A DNA stretch of 64,000 nt from a virus: IMG/VR virus record IMGVR_UViG_3300044846_004348, positions 28,643 to 92,642 of that record, one strand, 5' to 3'. The notes under the pieces were generated by a model. The model saw only the letters and a program-made list of their open reading frames with translations, made no database searches and had not been told where the DNA came from. Position 1 is the first letter of the stretch, and every line of letters starts with the position of its first letter. This document shows positions 1 to 12,300 of this stretch, in pieces. The position numbers and the translations under genes were made by a program.

Positions 1-138
1 TCTAATTTTTTAGAGGTTGACATAGATGAAATTAACAGGTATGTTCAGTACGAGTTACAAGTTTTAGAAGATTTAGATGAAGAAACAGAAACTAAATACG
101 TTGCAGAACTGATAGCGAGGATAAAAGATGGAAATTAA
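1..138 (+). CDS. hypothetical protein, 5' truncated by window edge
   Basis: Open frame 1 from base 1 (SNFLEVDIDEINR...IKDGN*), TAA at 136-138 overlapping the start of the next ORF. Confidence 0.6.
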   Translation, partial: SNFLEVDIDEINRYVQYELQVLEDLDEETETKYVAELIARIKDGN

Positions 139-469
139 TGAGCAGGCGCAAAAATATAACGAGCAAGTAGTTACTCCTCCCGCTAAAGTTTCTGTAAGAG
201 TAGAGGCTTTAAGAGAAGCTGCAAAAATTATTGATGGAGATAGAAACAATCAGTACGGAAGTCCTGAAGATAATTTTGACAGAACTGCAAAAATTTGGTC
301 TGTAATTTTAGATCATAATGTGACAGCAGAAGATGTAGCAATGATGATGGTTGGGTTAAAAATGGCACGGTTTGCTGCAAAATCTGGTTTTCAAGGAGAT
401 ACTTGGATTGATATAGCAGGTTATGCAGGCTGTGGTTATGAAGTAGGAAAGAAAAACAGTAACTCTTAA
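128..469 (+). CDS. DUF6378-type phage protein (dNTP pyrophosphohydrolase-like helical domain)
   Basis: DRNNQYGSPEDNF...VAMMMVGLKMAR...DTWIDIAGYAGC matches this common phage family. Confidence 0.75.
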   Translation: MEINEQAQKYNEQVVTPPAKVSVRVEALREAAKIIDGDRNNQYGSPEDNFDRTAKIWSVILDHNVTAEDVAMMMVGLKMARFAAKSGFQGDTWIDIAGYAGCGYEVGKKNSNS

Positions 470-491
470 ACTATAAAAAGAAAGAAGTAAA

Positions 492-788
492 GTGGGCAGC
501 CTAAGAAAACCTTCAGAATACGAACGCCCTCTCTGCGCTGAAATAGGTGGAGATCTATTTTTTAGCGACGATGTCGACACTAGAAGTACAGATAGTTTAA
601 GAAGATTTAGAATGGCTAAAAAAATTTGTAATAGTTGTGAGCATATCGAAGAGTGCGCTAGGTGGGGTTTAGAAAATGAAGTTTATGGGATATGGGGTGG
701 GACATCTCCCACTGATAGAAGAGAAACTAGACATAAAAGAAACATAAAACCCCCTGTAGAAACCCTCTATAACTTAAATATCATATAA
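492..788 (+). CDS. whiB: WhiB family Fe-S transcription factor
   Basis: C...AKKICNSCEHIEECARWGL...YGIWGGTSPTDR: four Cys plus GIWGG turn. Confidence 0.92.
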   Translation: MGSLRKPSEYERPLCAEIGGDLFFSDDVDTRSTDSLRRFRMAKKICNSCEHIEECARWGLENEVYGIWGGTSPTDRRETRHKRNIKPPVETLYNLNII

Positions 789-825
789 AATATACACATA
801 GATATTTAATAGTTGGGAGCGATTT

Positions 826-1158
826 ATGTCAGATAAGTTGGCTATGGTTCCTTTTGCTACATGTGAAGAGTGTTGGCTATCTGCTCATTCTAAATGGGAG
901 CCACAAAGTATAGATCAGACTGGTAACATAATGATGAAACTAGTTGGTATAGAGGTTCCTCAAAAAACTAATACGGGTGCTGTTGAAGTCTGCTGTACCT
1001 GTGGTTCTGTGACTATTGCTGGTATATATGAGATGAAAAATCCAGAGACTGTTAATTTTACTAGGGAAGAAGAAGCAGATAAATATGAGTACGACTTAAC
1101 TCATAGTTTTTTAGAGGCAGACGATGATGATGATTTTAATGAAGATAATCCCTTTTAA
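826..1158 (+). CDS. hypothetical protein, possible Zn-binding (CEEC, CCTC)
   Basis: GGGAG SD upstream, two CxxC pairs, acidic tail. Confidence 0.6.
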   Translation: MSDKLAMVPFATCEECWLSAHSKWEPQSIDQTGNIMMKLVGIEVPQKTNTGAVEVCCTCGSVTIAGIYEMKNPETVNFTREEEADKYEYDLTHSFLEADDDDDFNEDNPF

Positions 1159-1163
1159 TTAAT

Positions 1164-1502
1164 ATGAAAGATACTAGATTTGGTGACGACTTGTGGCAAG
1201 AGTGGGACGGGTTAGAACTCTCTTTTAACAAGTATTCAGAGTCTACTGTTTATTATACAAAAGACCACACTAATATTAAAAATGATTTAGTTAGAAGAGC
1301 TTTGGCATCGGCTTTACAGAAAGACGGAGTTGCTATCTCTTTAGGTGAAGGTTTTAAAATAATAGAAAACTCTAGAGTTGAGTACGGTTGGTCTGGATGT
1401 TTAGAAGATGAAGATGTTTTATCTAAATGTGATGAGAATGGTGAGACAGATTACGGTGATTTAGTTGTTAACATTGTTCCAATTACTTGGATAGTTTTAT
1501 AG
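1164..1502 (+). CDS. hypothetical protein
   Basis: 112-aa ORF in co-directional operon. Confidence 0.6.
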   Translation: MKDTRFGDDLWQEWDGLELSFNKYSESTVYYTKDHTNIKNDLVRRALASALQKDGVAISLGEGFKIIENSRVEYGWSGCLEDEDVLSKCDENGETDYGDLVVNIVPITWIVL

Positions 1503-1547
1503 TGTGTTTAGTGTATAGTTTATAGTTTTTAGTCTTATGATTGTTGT

Positions 1548-2069
1548 ATGTGGAAACCTGCTAACAATCTTGAGTGGCAAAGGGATGCGCTGTGCGCAAA
1601 ACCAAAAAATCGTAACTACATAAATTGGTTTTTTTCTAACAATACTTCCGAAAAATACGGGGCAAAGAATATATGTTTTTCTTGCCCTGTAAGAAAAGAA
1701 TGTCTTCAGTGGGGTTTAGAGCATCGTCAAATCTGGGGTATTTGGGGCGGTAAAGATGAAGTTGAGATACGAAGGGCTTTATCAGTTTCATATAAAGGTG
1801 AAGAGACTAGAAGAAGACGCTACCCAAACTGCCCATACTGTACTGCAAGACCCTCTAAATTAAGAACCTCAACCGAGCAGTTGCCTAATGGTGGTAGATG
1901 GACAACAGCAAAGGTTGTGACTTGTGACGAGTGTGGTTTTTCTTGGAGAAGTAGAACTAGTGCAAATGCTGTTGAGGCATACAAAATAGACAGACAAGAC
2001 AAAATAACTAAAAGATTAAAAGAAAAAGAAAAGTTATCTAAGAAGAAGAGGGGTCGGAAGAAGAAATAG
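1548..2069 (+). CDS. whiB: WhiB family regulator with C-terminal zinc ribbon and basic tail
   Basis: WQRDALC...AKNICFSCPVRKECL...WGIWGG, then CPYC...CDEC and Lys/Arg-rich end; TATGAT 6 nt before ATG. Confidence 0.9.
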   Translation: MWKPANNLEWQRDALCAKPKNRNYINWFFSNNTSEKYGAKNICFSCPVRKECLQWGLEHRQIWGIWGGKDEVEIRRALSVSYKGEETRRRRYPNCPYCTARPSKLRTSTEQLPNGGRWTTAKVVTCDECGFSWRSRTSANAVEAYKIDRQDKITKRLKEKEKLSKKKRGRKKK

Positions 2070-3126
2070 TTTTTCCACCTATTTCATAGAAAGTTAAGTT
2101 TTTTTGTAGTCTCTCATCATTTGGATTTATCTCTACAGCTTTCTTCCCGTACTCTAATGCTTCAGAGTACTTACCTAATCTATAGCAAGATATTGCGGCA
2201 AAATCGTATGGAGATTCCCCCCAAGCGTCTGCTTCGCAAAGATACTCTAAAGGTTTTTCTTTAATACTTAAAGTTTCTATGGAGCACTCTAGACAGTTTT
2301 TCCAGTCTTGTTTTGAGTAGTAATATTTTGCTAAATCTAGCCAAGGCTCTCTTCTACCAGGGGCTTGCTCTATTGCTTGTCTAAACCAGTACTCTGCTTT
2401 GTCTGTTTCAATTTTACCTAAGTAACGCATTGAAGCCGCACGTTCTGGTGGCCATTGTGCTCTTGGTAGTTCTAAATGACGTTTAAATTCTTTTGATGCT
2501 TCCTCATATCTACCATAAAAATATAACTCTCTAGCGTAATAAAAAGCATTTCTATCATCAGATAAATCTTCTTGCACTGCTTGAGCAAGTAGTGGAAGAT
2601 ATTGTGATCTTGGTTTTGTATTATCTGCGTGATGGTGTATTTCTAAATCTACCCATCCTTGTAGTTCTGGGCTATCACCGTATCTAACTAGAACTTCGTG
2701 TACTGGGTGTTTCCAGCGATACCCCCATCTGGTGTGGATTTTATCGCCTCCATATTGTAATCCTGGTGTTCCATCTTCATTCCAATTCCATGTGTACTGG
2801 TATCTAGGACGAGTCCAATTATTTTTTAGTGCTTTTTCTAAGCACTCTCTCCAGCCAGGTAGTAATACTTCATCCATATCTAAAGCTATGCAGTAGTCTA
2901 TATCTGTTGGTAGAGATGCAAGACTAGCGTTTCTTGCTACATCGAATCTCCAAGGTTTTACATATATAGGTAAAACATTTATGCCTAAAGACTTTGCGTG
3001 CTGTACAGTTCCATCTGTTGAACCAGTATCTGCAATTAGTAGATAGTCTGCTTCTTTTGCTGACTCGTACCAAGCGTCTACAAACTGTCTCTCATTTAAA
3101 GCTATGGTGTATATCGCTATTTTCAT
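2038..3126 (-). CDS. GT2 glycosyltransferase with C-terminal TPR repeats
   Basis: IALNE, DTGSTDGT, RFDVARN, LDMDE (DxD), VHE; helical TPR-like C-half (FYYAREL...A.EYGKKAVEINP). Confidence 0.9.
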   Translation of the reverse strand: MKIAIYTIALNERQFVDAWYESAKEADYLLIADTGSTDGTVQHAKSLGINVLPIYVKPWRFDVARNASLASLPTDIDYCIALDMDEVLLPGWRECLEKALKNNWTRPRYQYTWNWNEDGTPGLQYGGDKIHTRWGYRWKHPVHEVLVRYGDSPELQGWVDLEIHHHADNTKPRSQYLPLLAQAVQEDLSDDRNAFYYARELYFYGRYEEASKEFKRHLELPRAQWPPERAASMRYLGKIETDKAEYWFRQAIEQAPGRREPWLDLAKYYYSKQDWKNCLECSIETLSIKEKPLEYLCEADAWGESPYDFAAISCYRLGKYSEALEYGKKAVEINPNDERLQKNLTFYEIGGKTISSSDPSSS

Positions 3127-3130
3127 ATAT

Positions 3131-3421
3131 TTACCCTATCAGAAAATGTCTTACTATTGCGGCTATAGCCAAAAAAGACCACAGTATGTTGAACCATATA
3201 AGTGTAGGTAGTGTTTTTACTGTAGAAGACCATATTAGCATTAAACTTGATATTAAAGCAAGTACGTAAAGCCACCATATTTGTATATTAAAAAGTAATC
3301 CAGGTATAATTATGACTGCTTTTACTACAAAAGCAAAAAATTCCACACTGTTTTCTCTATTCCAATATTTTTTATGGGTCATAGTTTTTAAGGCTACAAA
3401 CCACTCTTTTTTTATATTCAA
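3131..3421 (-). CDS. small membrane protein (about 3 TM)
   Basis: Three hydrophobic segments; 4-bp overlap with halogenase stop. Confidence 0.7.
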   Translation of the reverse strand: MNIKKEWFVALKTMTHKKYWNRENSVEFFAFVVKAVIIIPGLLFNIQIWWLYVLALISSLMLIWSSTVKTLPTLIWFNILWSFLAIAAIVRHFLIG

Positions 3422-4968
3422 GACTTTAGATCCTCTATAAAATCTTTATGTGACATACATTTTTCTACAACTTCATCTTGATTTTTTATAAAAACCTCAT
3501 AACTATCTGAAATAAAATCATATAGTTTATTAGATTCGTATGTATCTTTGTATGTTTTTTTATTTATTAAATCTAATCCTTCGCCTACAGAAATCCAACT
3601 CTCTAATGGAAACATTTTTGAAGAGAAATCTGTATAGTCCCAGACTCTATAATCTAAAATATCTATATAATTTTTTAGTTCTTTAGAGTATGTATCTTTA
3701 TTGTTAAATTTTTTCCAGAATTCAGTGTCTTTTCTTTTTGTTAAATAATGTAAATGAATAAAATCTACAATTTCTTCATTTGCTTTTATAAATTTTTTAT
3801 TGAATTCCTCTATAACATCATCATTTATATTTATTATACTGTTAAGATTTGACATAGAATTTGTTATATTTATTATTGAAACCCATATTGAAGTTGCCTC
3901 TAGTGGTTCTATAAAACCAGAAGAAAGTCCTACTGCAATACAATTTTTTACCCATGGTTTTTTATAGTATCCAGCATTAAATTTAAAAGTTTTAGGAGAG
4001 TCTATTTTAAAACCTAAATATTCTTCAATCTCTTTTTTAGCATCTTCTTCAGATACTAAACTAGAATCAAAAACATACCCGCACCCATACCTGTTTTGAA
4101 GTGGTATTTTCCACATCCAACCATATTTCATAGCTATTGACTCGGTGTATGAAGGAATATCTTTATCTATAGGTAGGAAAAAAGGTATGGCAGTGTCTAC
4201 TGGAAGTTTTTCTTTGTGACTTTTCCACTCAGATTTATAAATTTTTTCAATTATTAATCTTTTAAAACCAGAGCAATCAAAAATAAAATCAACTTCTATT
4301 TCTTCTTTTGTATCTAAAACTAGTTTAGAAATATTTCCTTCTTTGTCTTGCTTAATATCTAGTACTATGCCTTCTACTACATTAATGCCTCTTTCAATTC
4401 CTATGCTTTCTAGTGTCTTAGCAAAACTGACTGCATTAAAATGTAAAGCAAAGTAAGAATTCATTACATATTTATGTATTGGATCTTGTATAATTTGATT
4501 ATCGTAATCTGGATGTAAAGTAAATCCTACTTTATCCTTTTCTCCAATTTTTTCAACAAAATTTACCTGACTTAAAGGTTTGTCTAGTTCTTTAGTTACA
4601 ACATGTAGAACATTTGTTTTTGGTAAAATTTCTGGGTTGTCAAAAGAAGATAATCCTACATTTTCATTAGACAAAAAGCCGTGGTAATAGTAAGAATTAT
4701 CGCCATTCCAATTTGTAAATTTAATTCCGTTTTTAATAGTGGCATCTGCATCTTTTATAATTCTTGATGCTGGTATGTTTAGGTAGTCTAAAAAACTAAT
4801 TATGCTAGGGGTAGTTCCCTCTCCAGCTCCCAGCACACCAATATCATCAGATTTAACTAATGTAACATTTGAGTCATAAAATTTTTTCTTAGCGTATAGA
4901 GCGGTAAGCCACCCAGCGGTGCCTCCACCTAAAATGACAATTTCATTAAATGATTTGTTTTTTGACAT
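3418..4968 (-). CDS. flavin-dependent halogenase (tryptophan halogenase family)
   Basis: GGGTAG FAD motif, GEGT, ATIKNGIKF (catalytic Lys position), WMWKIP, FIEPLEATSI. Confidence 0.92.
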   Translation of the reverse strand: MSKNKSFNEIVILGGGTAGWLTALYAKKKFYDSNVTLVKSDDIGVLGAGEGTTPSIISFLDYLNIPASRIIKDADATIKNGIKFTNWNGDNSYYYHGFLSNENVGLSSFDNPEILPKTNVLHVVTKELDKPLSQVNFVEKIGEKDKVGFTLHPDYDNQIIQDPIHKYVMNSYFALHFNAVSFAKTLESIGIERGINVVEGIVLDIKQDKEGNISKLVLDTKEEIEVDFIFDCSGFKRLIIEKIYKSEWKSHKEKLPVDTAIPFFLPIDKDIPSYTESIAMKYGWMWKIPLQNRYGCGYVFDSSLVSEEDAKKEIEEYLGFKIDSPKTFKFNAGYYKKPWVKNCIAVGLSSGFIEPLEATSIWVSIINITNSMSNLNSIININDDVIEEFNKKFIKANEEIVDFIHLHYLTKRKDTEFWKKFNNKDTYSKELKNYIDILDYRVWDYTDFSSKMFPLESWISVGEGLDLINKKTYKDTYESNKLYDFISDSYEVFIKNQDEVVEKCMSHKDFIEDLKS

Positions 4969-5019
4969 ATAGGTATATACCTCTCTGAATCTCTCTGTTA
5001 TATACTACACTAAACTATT

Positions 5020-5637
5020 TTAATATGGTGTTTTTCCACTAAAACTGTTGTGTGGTGTTAGTGCCCAAAAAGAGTCCTCTGAGTCCCCATCAAAATAGTT
5101 TTCTAAAGAGTTTGTTTTCTGTAGCATAACAGAATCTACAAAAAACACGTCTGTATCTGACGTTGATCCTGTGACTACTCTTATAATTACATAATTTGCA
5201 GAAGCATTTTTTGTAAAAGAGGCAGAAAGTCTAGTCCATTGACCTATTGTTGGTGTGGTGCTTCCAATATTTGACGCTACAATTGTTGATCCGCCAAGGG
5301 TATCGGTTTGTATAACTCTAAAAAAGTTTGTTGCAGTGGTATTACCTTCTTGTTGTTTTACCCATGCGCTTACAAAATAAGTACCCGCTGTTTCTAGAGG
5401 AACTGCTGAATGTGCTACAGCAGAACCACTTACATTGTAAACTTTTAAACAAGCAGATCCATTTACAGAGTCTGTAGTAACTCTTTCAAAAGTAGCTCCT
5501 GCCACACCAGACCAGTTACCTGTACCTACCTCAAAGGATGGGTTCTGTATATAGTTAACTTTGTAACCAAGTAATCTAGGTTCCTGAGTATTCTTTAAGT
5601 TACCTGCTGCCCCTACTATACCTACCGTTGATGGCAT
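5020..5637 (-). CDS. virion protein with carbohydrate-binding (CBM4/9-like) domain
   Basis: NYIQNPSFE..W start, VSAWVK, WTRLSASF, VDSVML, YFDGD ending typical of actinophage minor tail proteins. Confidence 0.65.
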   Translation of the reverse strand: MPSTVGIVGAAGNLKNTQEPRLLGYKVNYIQNPSFEVGTGNWSGVAGATFERVTTDSVNGSACLKVYNVSGSAVAHSAVPLETAGTYFVSAWVKQQEGNTTATNFFRVIQTDTLGGSTIVASNIGSTTPTIGQWTRLSASFTKNASANYVIIRVVTGSTSDTDVFFVDSVMLQKTNSLENYFDGDSEDSFWALTPHNSFSGKTPY

Positions 5638-5638
5638 A

Positions 5639-7579
5639 CTAAACCAATGCTAAATCTCCAGTAATCAGCCACTCATCAGTACCAATTTTAATTGCTGATG
5701 CGACTGAGTACTGAGTTCTTAAACTAGTAGTTGGTGTTGATCTTACAGTTACCCCACTAGCACCTACAAAAGTAACTTGACCAGTTCCATATTGAACAAA
5801 ATCTATTCTTTGACCAGTTCCAAAAGCTACGGCAGCTTCTGTTGGAATTGTTATTTGAACTGTTGTTGATTTATTAATTTTTAATAATTTTCCAGTATCG
5901 GTTAGTGACAAAGTGTAGTTATCTACTTGTTCTTCTATAGATTGAGCAGTTGCCCAGTCACCTTGCGGTCCAGTAGGTCCAGTTACAGTACTTGCCGCAC
6001 CCGTCGGACCTGTCGCACCCGTAGGTCCTTCAGATCCAGTCGGTCCAGTTACAGTACTTGCAGCACCAGTTGGCCCTGTCGGTCCCGTAGGTCCTGTCGG
6101 CCCTGTAGGACCTAAAATTGGACCCAAATCATCCCATGCTGCACCGTCCCAGAAATAAACATCTCCAGTATCTAAAGTTAAATATGAATCATCTGCTGTA
6201 GGTCCTGTAGGTAGACCTGCAAAATTAGCAACACTACCTAAAAAGTTAACTGGGTAGGCTTGAGCACCCGTTGCACCCGTTGCACCAGTTGCACCCGTCG
6301 CACCCGTTGCACCTGTCGGACCTGTAGGTCCAGGAGCAGTAGATGTTGGTCCCGTAGGTCCAGTATCCCCTAAATCACCAGTTCTAGAAAATTCTATTGT
6401 ATAACTGCTACTTGCTAATGGTATTGCCCCAGAAATATAAGAAATTGGAACTTTAAAATAATCTCCAGAAACTACCACATCTGATGTAACTTTTAAAACC
6501 GTTCTTACTGCCCCAGGTGTAGTTGAGATAAATAAAGTTCCTCTATCTGAAGAAGTAGTTGAATCATCCCACGAAGAAATCCAACTAGAAAAATCAGCAG
6601 CAAATGTAAAACTTGTTTTATTTATAAACAATTGACTAGCACTAGCTACAGTTGAATTATTTAATCTAAATTGACCAGTACCTGGATCTTCATCGACTGT
6701 GCTACTAGAAAACCTAAAAGTAGGAAATGATCTAGGCCCCGTTGCACCTGTCGGACCAGTGTCTCCTGTAGGTCCTGTAATACTTGCACCCGTCGGTCCC
6801 GTAGGTCCAGTTGGTCCACCTTCTGGTCCCGTAGGTCCAAGCGCACCTGTTGCACCTGTAGGACCTGTCACACCTTGAATTCCTTGTGAACCAGTTGGTC
6901 CTATCGGTCCTACAAAAGGTCCGACGTTGTCCCATTCTTGGTTTAAATCATTCCAAATATATAATTCATTTTGGATAACATATGAGTCTCCAATATTTCC
7001 AACTGGACTATCGGCTTCTAAAAGTTCTAAAGTTGCATAACTTCCTAATACAGAAACTCCAGATCCCTGTGGTCCAGTTGATCCCGTTGGTCCAAGCAAT
7101 CCTTGCGCACCTGTTGGTCCTGTTGGCCCTAAACCTACGTAAGCAAGTTCTAACCAAGCACTACCTGTATAGAAAGAAACTTCTCCATCACTTGGCTTTA
7201 CCCAAATGTCACCTACTTCAGCAAAGCCTGGTTGATTTTCTACATAAGATATATTAGATCTACCTTCAGTTTCATATAACAAATTTAGAGAAAAAGATAT
7301 AGTTGCAGTATTGCTAGTAACGTAAACTATATCTCCTATATCTAGTGCAAATCTAAAAGTTTCAAAAGTTTGTCCTCCAGCTACTTCTAAATCATATGCA
7401 AGGTAGGCTCTATCTGTTGCGGAGTTAGTTCCAGAAGGCTGTATATAAACCTGTACTAAAGAAGATACGCTGCTTTTGTTAGTTACAATAACTGAGGCAA
7501 CACCAGAAATAGTTAGTGTTGGAAAAGAATCTAAAACATTTGCTAAAGGATTTAATACTCCAATTCTTTGAATAGCCAT
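5639..7579 (-). CDS. collagen-like (GPT) fibre protein
   Basis: Several Gly-Pro-Thr runs between globular modules; C-terminal domain shared with 22367..24019. Confidence 0.85.
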   Translation of the reverse strand: MAIQRIGVLNPLANVLDSFPTLTISGVASVIVTNKSSVSSLVQVYIQPSGTNSATDRAYLAYDLEVAGGQTFETFRFALDIGDIVYVTSNTATISFSLNLLYETEGRSNISYVENQPGFAEVGDIWVKPSDGEVSFYTGSAWLELAYVGLGPTGPTGAQGLLGPTGSTGPQGSGVSVLGSYATLELLEADSPVGNIGDSYVIQNELYIWNDLNQEWDNVGPFVGPIGPTGSQGIQGVTGPTGATGALGPTGPEGGPTGPTGPTGASITGPTGDTGPTGATGPRSFPTFRFSSSTVDEDPGTGQFRLNNSTVASASQLFINKTSFTFAADFSSWISSWDDSTTSSDRGTLFISTTPGAVRTVLKVTSDVVVSGDYFKVPISYISGAIPLASSSYTIEFSRTGDLGDTGPTGPTSTAPGPTGPTGATGATGATGATGATGAQAYPVNFLGSVANFAGLPTGPTADDSYLTLDTGDVYFWDGAAWDDLGPILGPTGPTGPTGPTGPTGAASTVTGPTGSEGPTGATGPTGAASTVTGPTGPQGDWATAQSIEEQVDNYTLSLTDTGKLLKINKSTTVQITIPTEAAVAFGTGQRIDFVQYGTGQVTFVGASGVTVRSTPTTSLRTQYSVASAIKIGTDEWLITGDLALV

Positions 7580-7817
7580 TACTCACCACCCTCTACTAAA
7601 GAAACTTTGCCTTCATAGCAGCAGTGATCTGCTCCTGCAAGAGTTTCTACTGCTGTGTTGTAGACACCTTCAAGAAAATCTTCACGTCCAGTAGCCCATA
7701 CTACATCTGAAATTAAAACTGTTTTGTTCTCAGAGGTGTTTTTGATAGTTAGGTTAAGCAAAGGAGCGTTCTCACTTTCTTCTGCTTTCCATTCAAAGTT
7801 GCCTACAGTTTCCATTA

Positions 7818-7821
<4 letters not shown>
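7579..7821 (-). CDS. hypothetical protein
   Basis: Overlapping start/stop coupling on both sides within the fibre operon. Confidence 0.65.
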
Positions 7822-9338
<1,517 letters not shown>

Positions 9339-9347
9339 ATTATTCTC

Positions 9348-12300
9348 CTACGCCTGAGCTTCAGCCCACGACAATTTCGCTGATGTCAGTGTTTCTGAGC
9401 CAGTTAAACGTGCTACAGCAATTGTTATAATATCTGGACCATCTGGGAATACGCTGTTTCCACCTAAAATAGAGTTAGATAGTTCAAACAAATCACCGAT
9501 GTCTACAGTAGTTCCTAATTCTTGACCATTTGCACCACTTGCACGGAAATTATAAACTTGAATACCACCAGAAATTGTGTCATTTGATGTGTGCTCAATT
9601 GTTTGAACTAGAGAAGGGGACTCTACTCCTACGAAATTTAAGTTATTTAGACGACCGTTGAGTAGTACTTTAACATCAATTAATTGATTAGTCTGTACAC
9701 CAATTTCATTTAGACGAAGTTGCATTCTATTTATAATATCTCTATCACCTAATTGACCAGTTAATCCTTCGGAAACAGACGGACTTAAGCGAAGAGAAAT
9801 TAGTGGCTGGTAGTTACCTCCAGAAGTGTTATTTAAACTTCCAGCAGGTGTAAATGAGTATGTTGATAAAGTATTACCTTGGTTGAAGAAGTTGACAACA
9901 TTTTTTGAAACTAATGTTCCACCAGGAGGAGTTGCAGATCCTACATCTCTTCTATCAACGAAAGCGTCGTAAGTAAATTGATTAGCAGCAGGTACAGTTG
10001 CAATTGTGTAGGATCCGTTAAATGAAGCAGCAAAAGCATCGGTGCTCATATTTACAAATACACTATCCCCAACGTTGTATCCATGATTAGCACTCGTTGT
10101 TATTGTAACTCTGAAAGAGTTCTTTACTCTAGTAGTTACTGTAAATGTGGTTGCTTGTAAGTCGGCTAGTCTGTAATAAAGAATTATGTTATTAGTGTTT
10201 AGTGGTCTTATAAAATATGTTGCTTCGTTTTGAAGATTGTTAAAAGCATTTATTCCTGCAACTGTTTGTATAGCTGGGTTTTGGCTATTAGGTTGAAGGG
10301 AGCCAGAACCACTTATACCTTTAAATTGTAGTGGATCTCCTAAAGCAAAACCGTGTGAAGGTATGTTTATAATTTCGGTTTGAGTGTTAATTGCACTAGA
10401 ACCAAAAGTTTTTGCGGTAGTTCCACCAATATTTAAAGAGGCACTAGATTTAGTGAACAAATAGGCTCTATCATCATCAAATGTTCCATCCATCATTACC
10501 GAAGTTCCCCAGTGGAATAGGTATGGAATGTAGGTAGGGTTTTCAAATGTTACTACTTCGTATCGAGCAGGTAAGTTACCTGAGCGGAAGTATGATTCAA
10601 ATTTTTGGTTGTTGTGAACAAACTCATGGACATAGCGAACTTGACCGTCTACTGTCTTAAATCCATAACGAATCTTACCTGCACCGTACCAAGAGTAATC
10701 CATATAAATCATTTGAATTTTAGATAGATCTAGGTTGTATCCAGTAATACCAGTGCCATCGCAAGGATCTATTGACCATTGTGATTGAGGAACTCTTGTG
10801 TCTTCGGTAAGTGTTGCAATGATACCTGTTTTAGCGGAAACAAAAGAGTGTACAGTTCCCGATCCAACATCAGATAAGGTTACAAATTGCTCGGCAGTTG
10901 GACTTGCTTTTAACTTTAATGTGTTATTAGTTAGTACACTAATGTAGTAAGTTCTTCCATTAATTAACCCGCCTATAGGGGTTCCATCAATTGAATTGTA
11001 AATTACTGGAAGGTTTTCAGTGTATCCATGATTTAATATAGTAATAACATTAGTTGAGGTATTTACTGCTGTACTTGGATTAAATTCTGTTTCATTACCA
11101 GAAGAACCTTTGTATTCAGGTTTAATAGAAATACGACTATCACTAGTTATTTCAGAAACTTTATATGATTGACCTCTAAGAACAATGCTGTCTCCTACAG
11201 TTAGTTGAGCTTGGAACGCTGTATTTGTTCCAAAAATAAACTCTGATCCTTGTAAAGCAGCTATAGTTCCAGATATTTGTTGTGTTGAAGATCTACGCAC
11301 ACAGTAAAGTTCTTGTCCATCGAACTCAAAGAACATTCCGTTTTGATCATCGAACATTCCAGCGCGAAGGGCGCCATTTGTCCAAGCAGTAACGTGCATT
11401 CTTGGATATCCGTATGATCTGTTTTCTGTAATATTTACATTAGATATGTAGGTAAAGTTAAATGCGTCAATTACAGTAACTTGGAAAGTTCCGTTATAAA
11501 TTTGACTTAACACATTTTGGGAATCAAAGGCATCATCAATTTTTACAAATAGACCGTTAATTAGTCCGTGAGGTCTTCTGGTCCTAACTGTGATAACGGA
11601 AGATGACCCTACTCTTCTCATATCTTCAACATCTATTGATGGTTTAAAGTTGATACCTGCAGATGTTTGAATACCTTTACCCGATTGATAACGGAAATAT
11701 TTACGGGTTTGACGAATTATCTTTCCGTACCAGGTGCCGTATCCTGTAGACATTTCTACTCCACCATCAAATGGACGATGTAGTGAGTATCCTTGAGGAC
11801 GAACATATATGAATGTTGGGTACGAGTAACTTACATTTGTGTAGGCAGTGCTGTAAGGTCTGTCTACTGTAATTTGATCGTCTCCACCTATAGCAGCGAT
11901 AGTTCTAATAATTGGTGTAGATGGTGTTATTTTAGATAGTTTTAAAGCAAAGCCAGTTCCCGCTGAAGAAATATCTACAGCGTTTGTATCGGCTGTTGCA
12001 TCGGCTAGCGTGTTATAAAGTTTTACACTATTACTACTTAGTGGCGTTAGTGTTCCAGTTACTCCTGCTCCAGCTATATTACCCCCTGTAACTGTTGCAA
12101 TAGCTTGTATTCTATTTGCAGCTGGCACATGAACTACAGTAAATGTACCGTTAAACACTTCTGGATTTACACCAGTTATAGATGAGATAGTAAATCTATT
12201 ACCAGCACGTAAGTTATGGTTTATTGATGTTGTGTAGTCTAGTATATTATCTGTTCTATTTCTATTGTTTACTGTAAAAGTAGTTGAGTTGGGTATAGAT

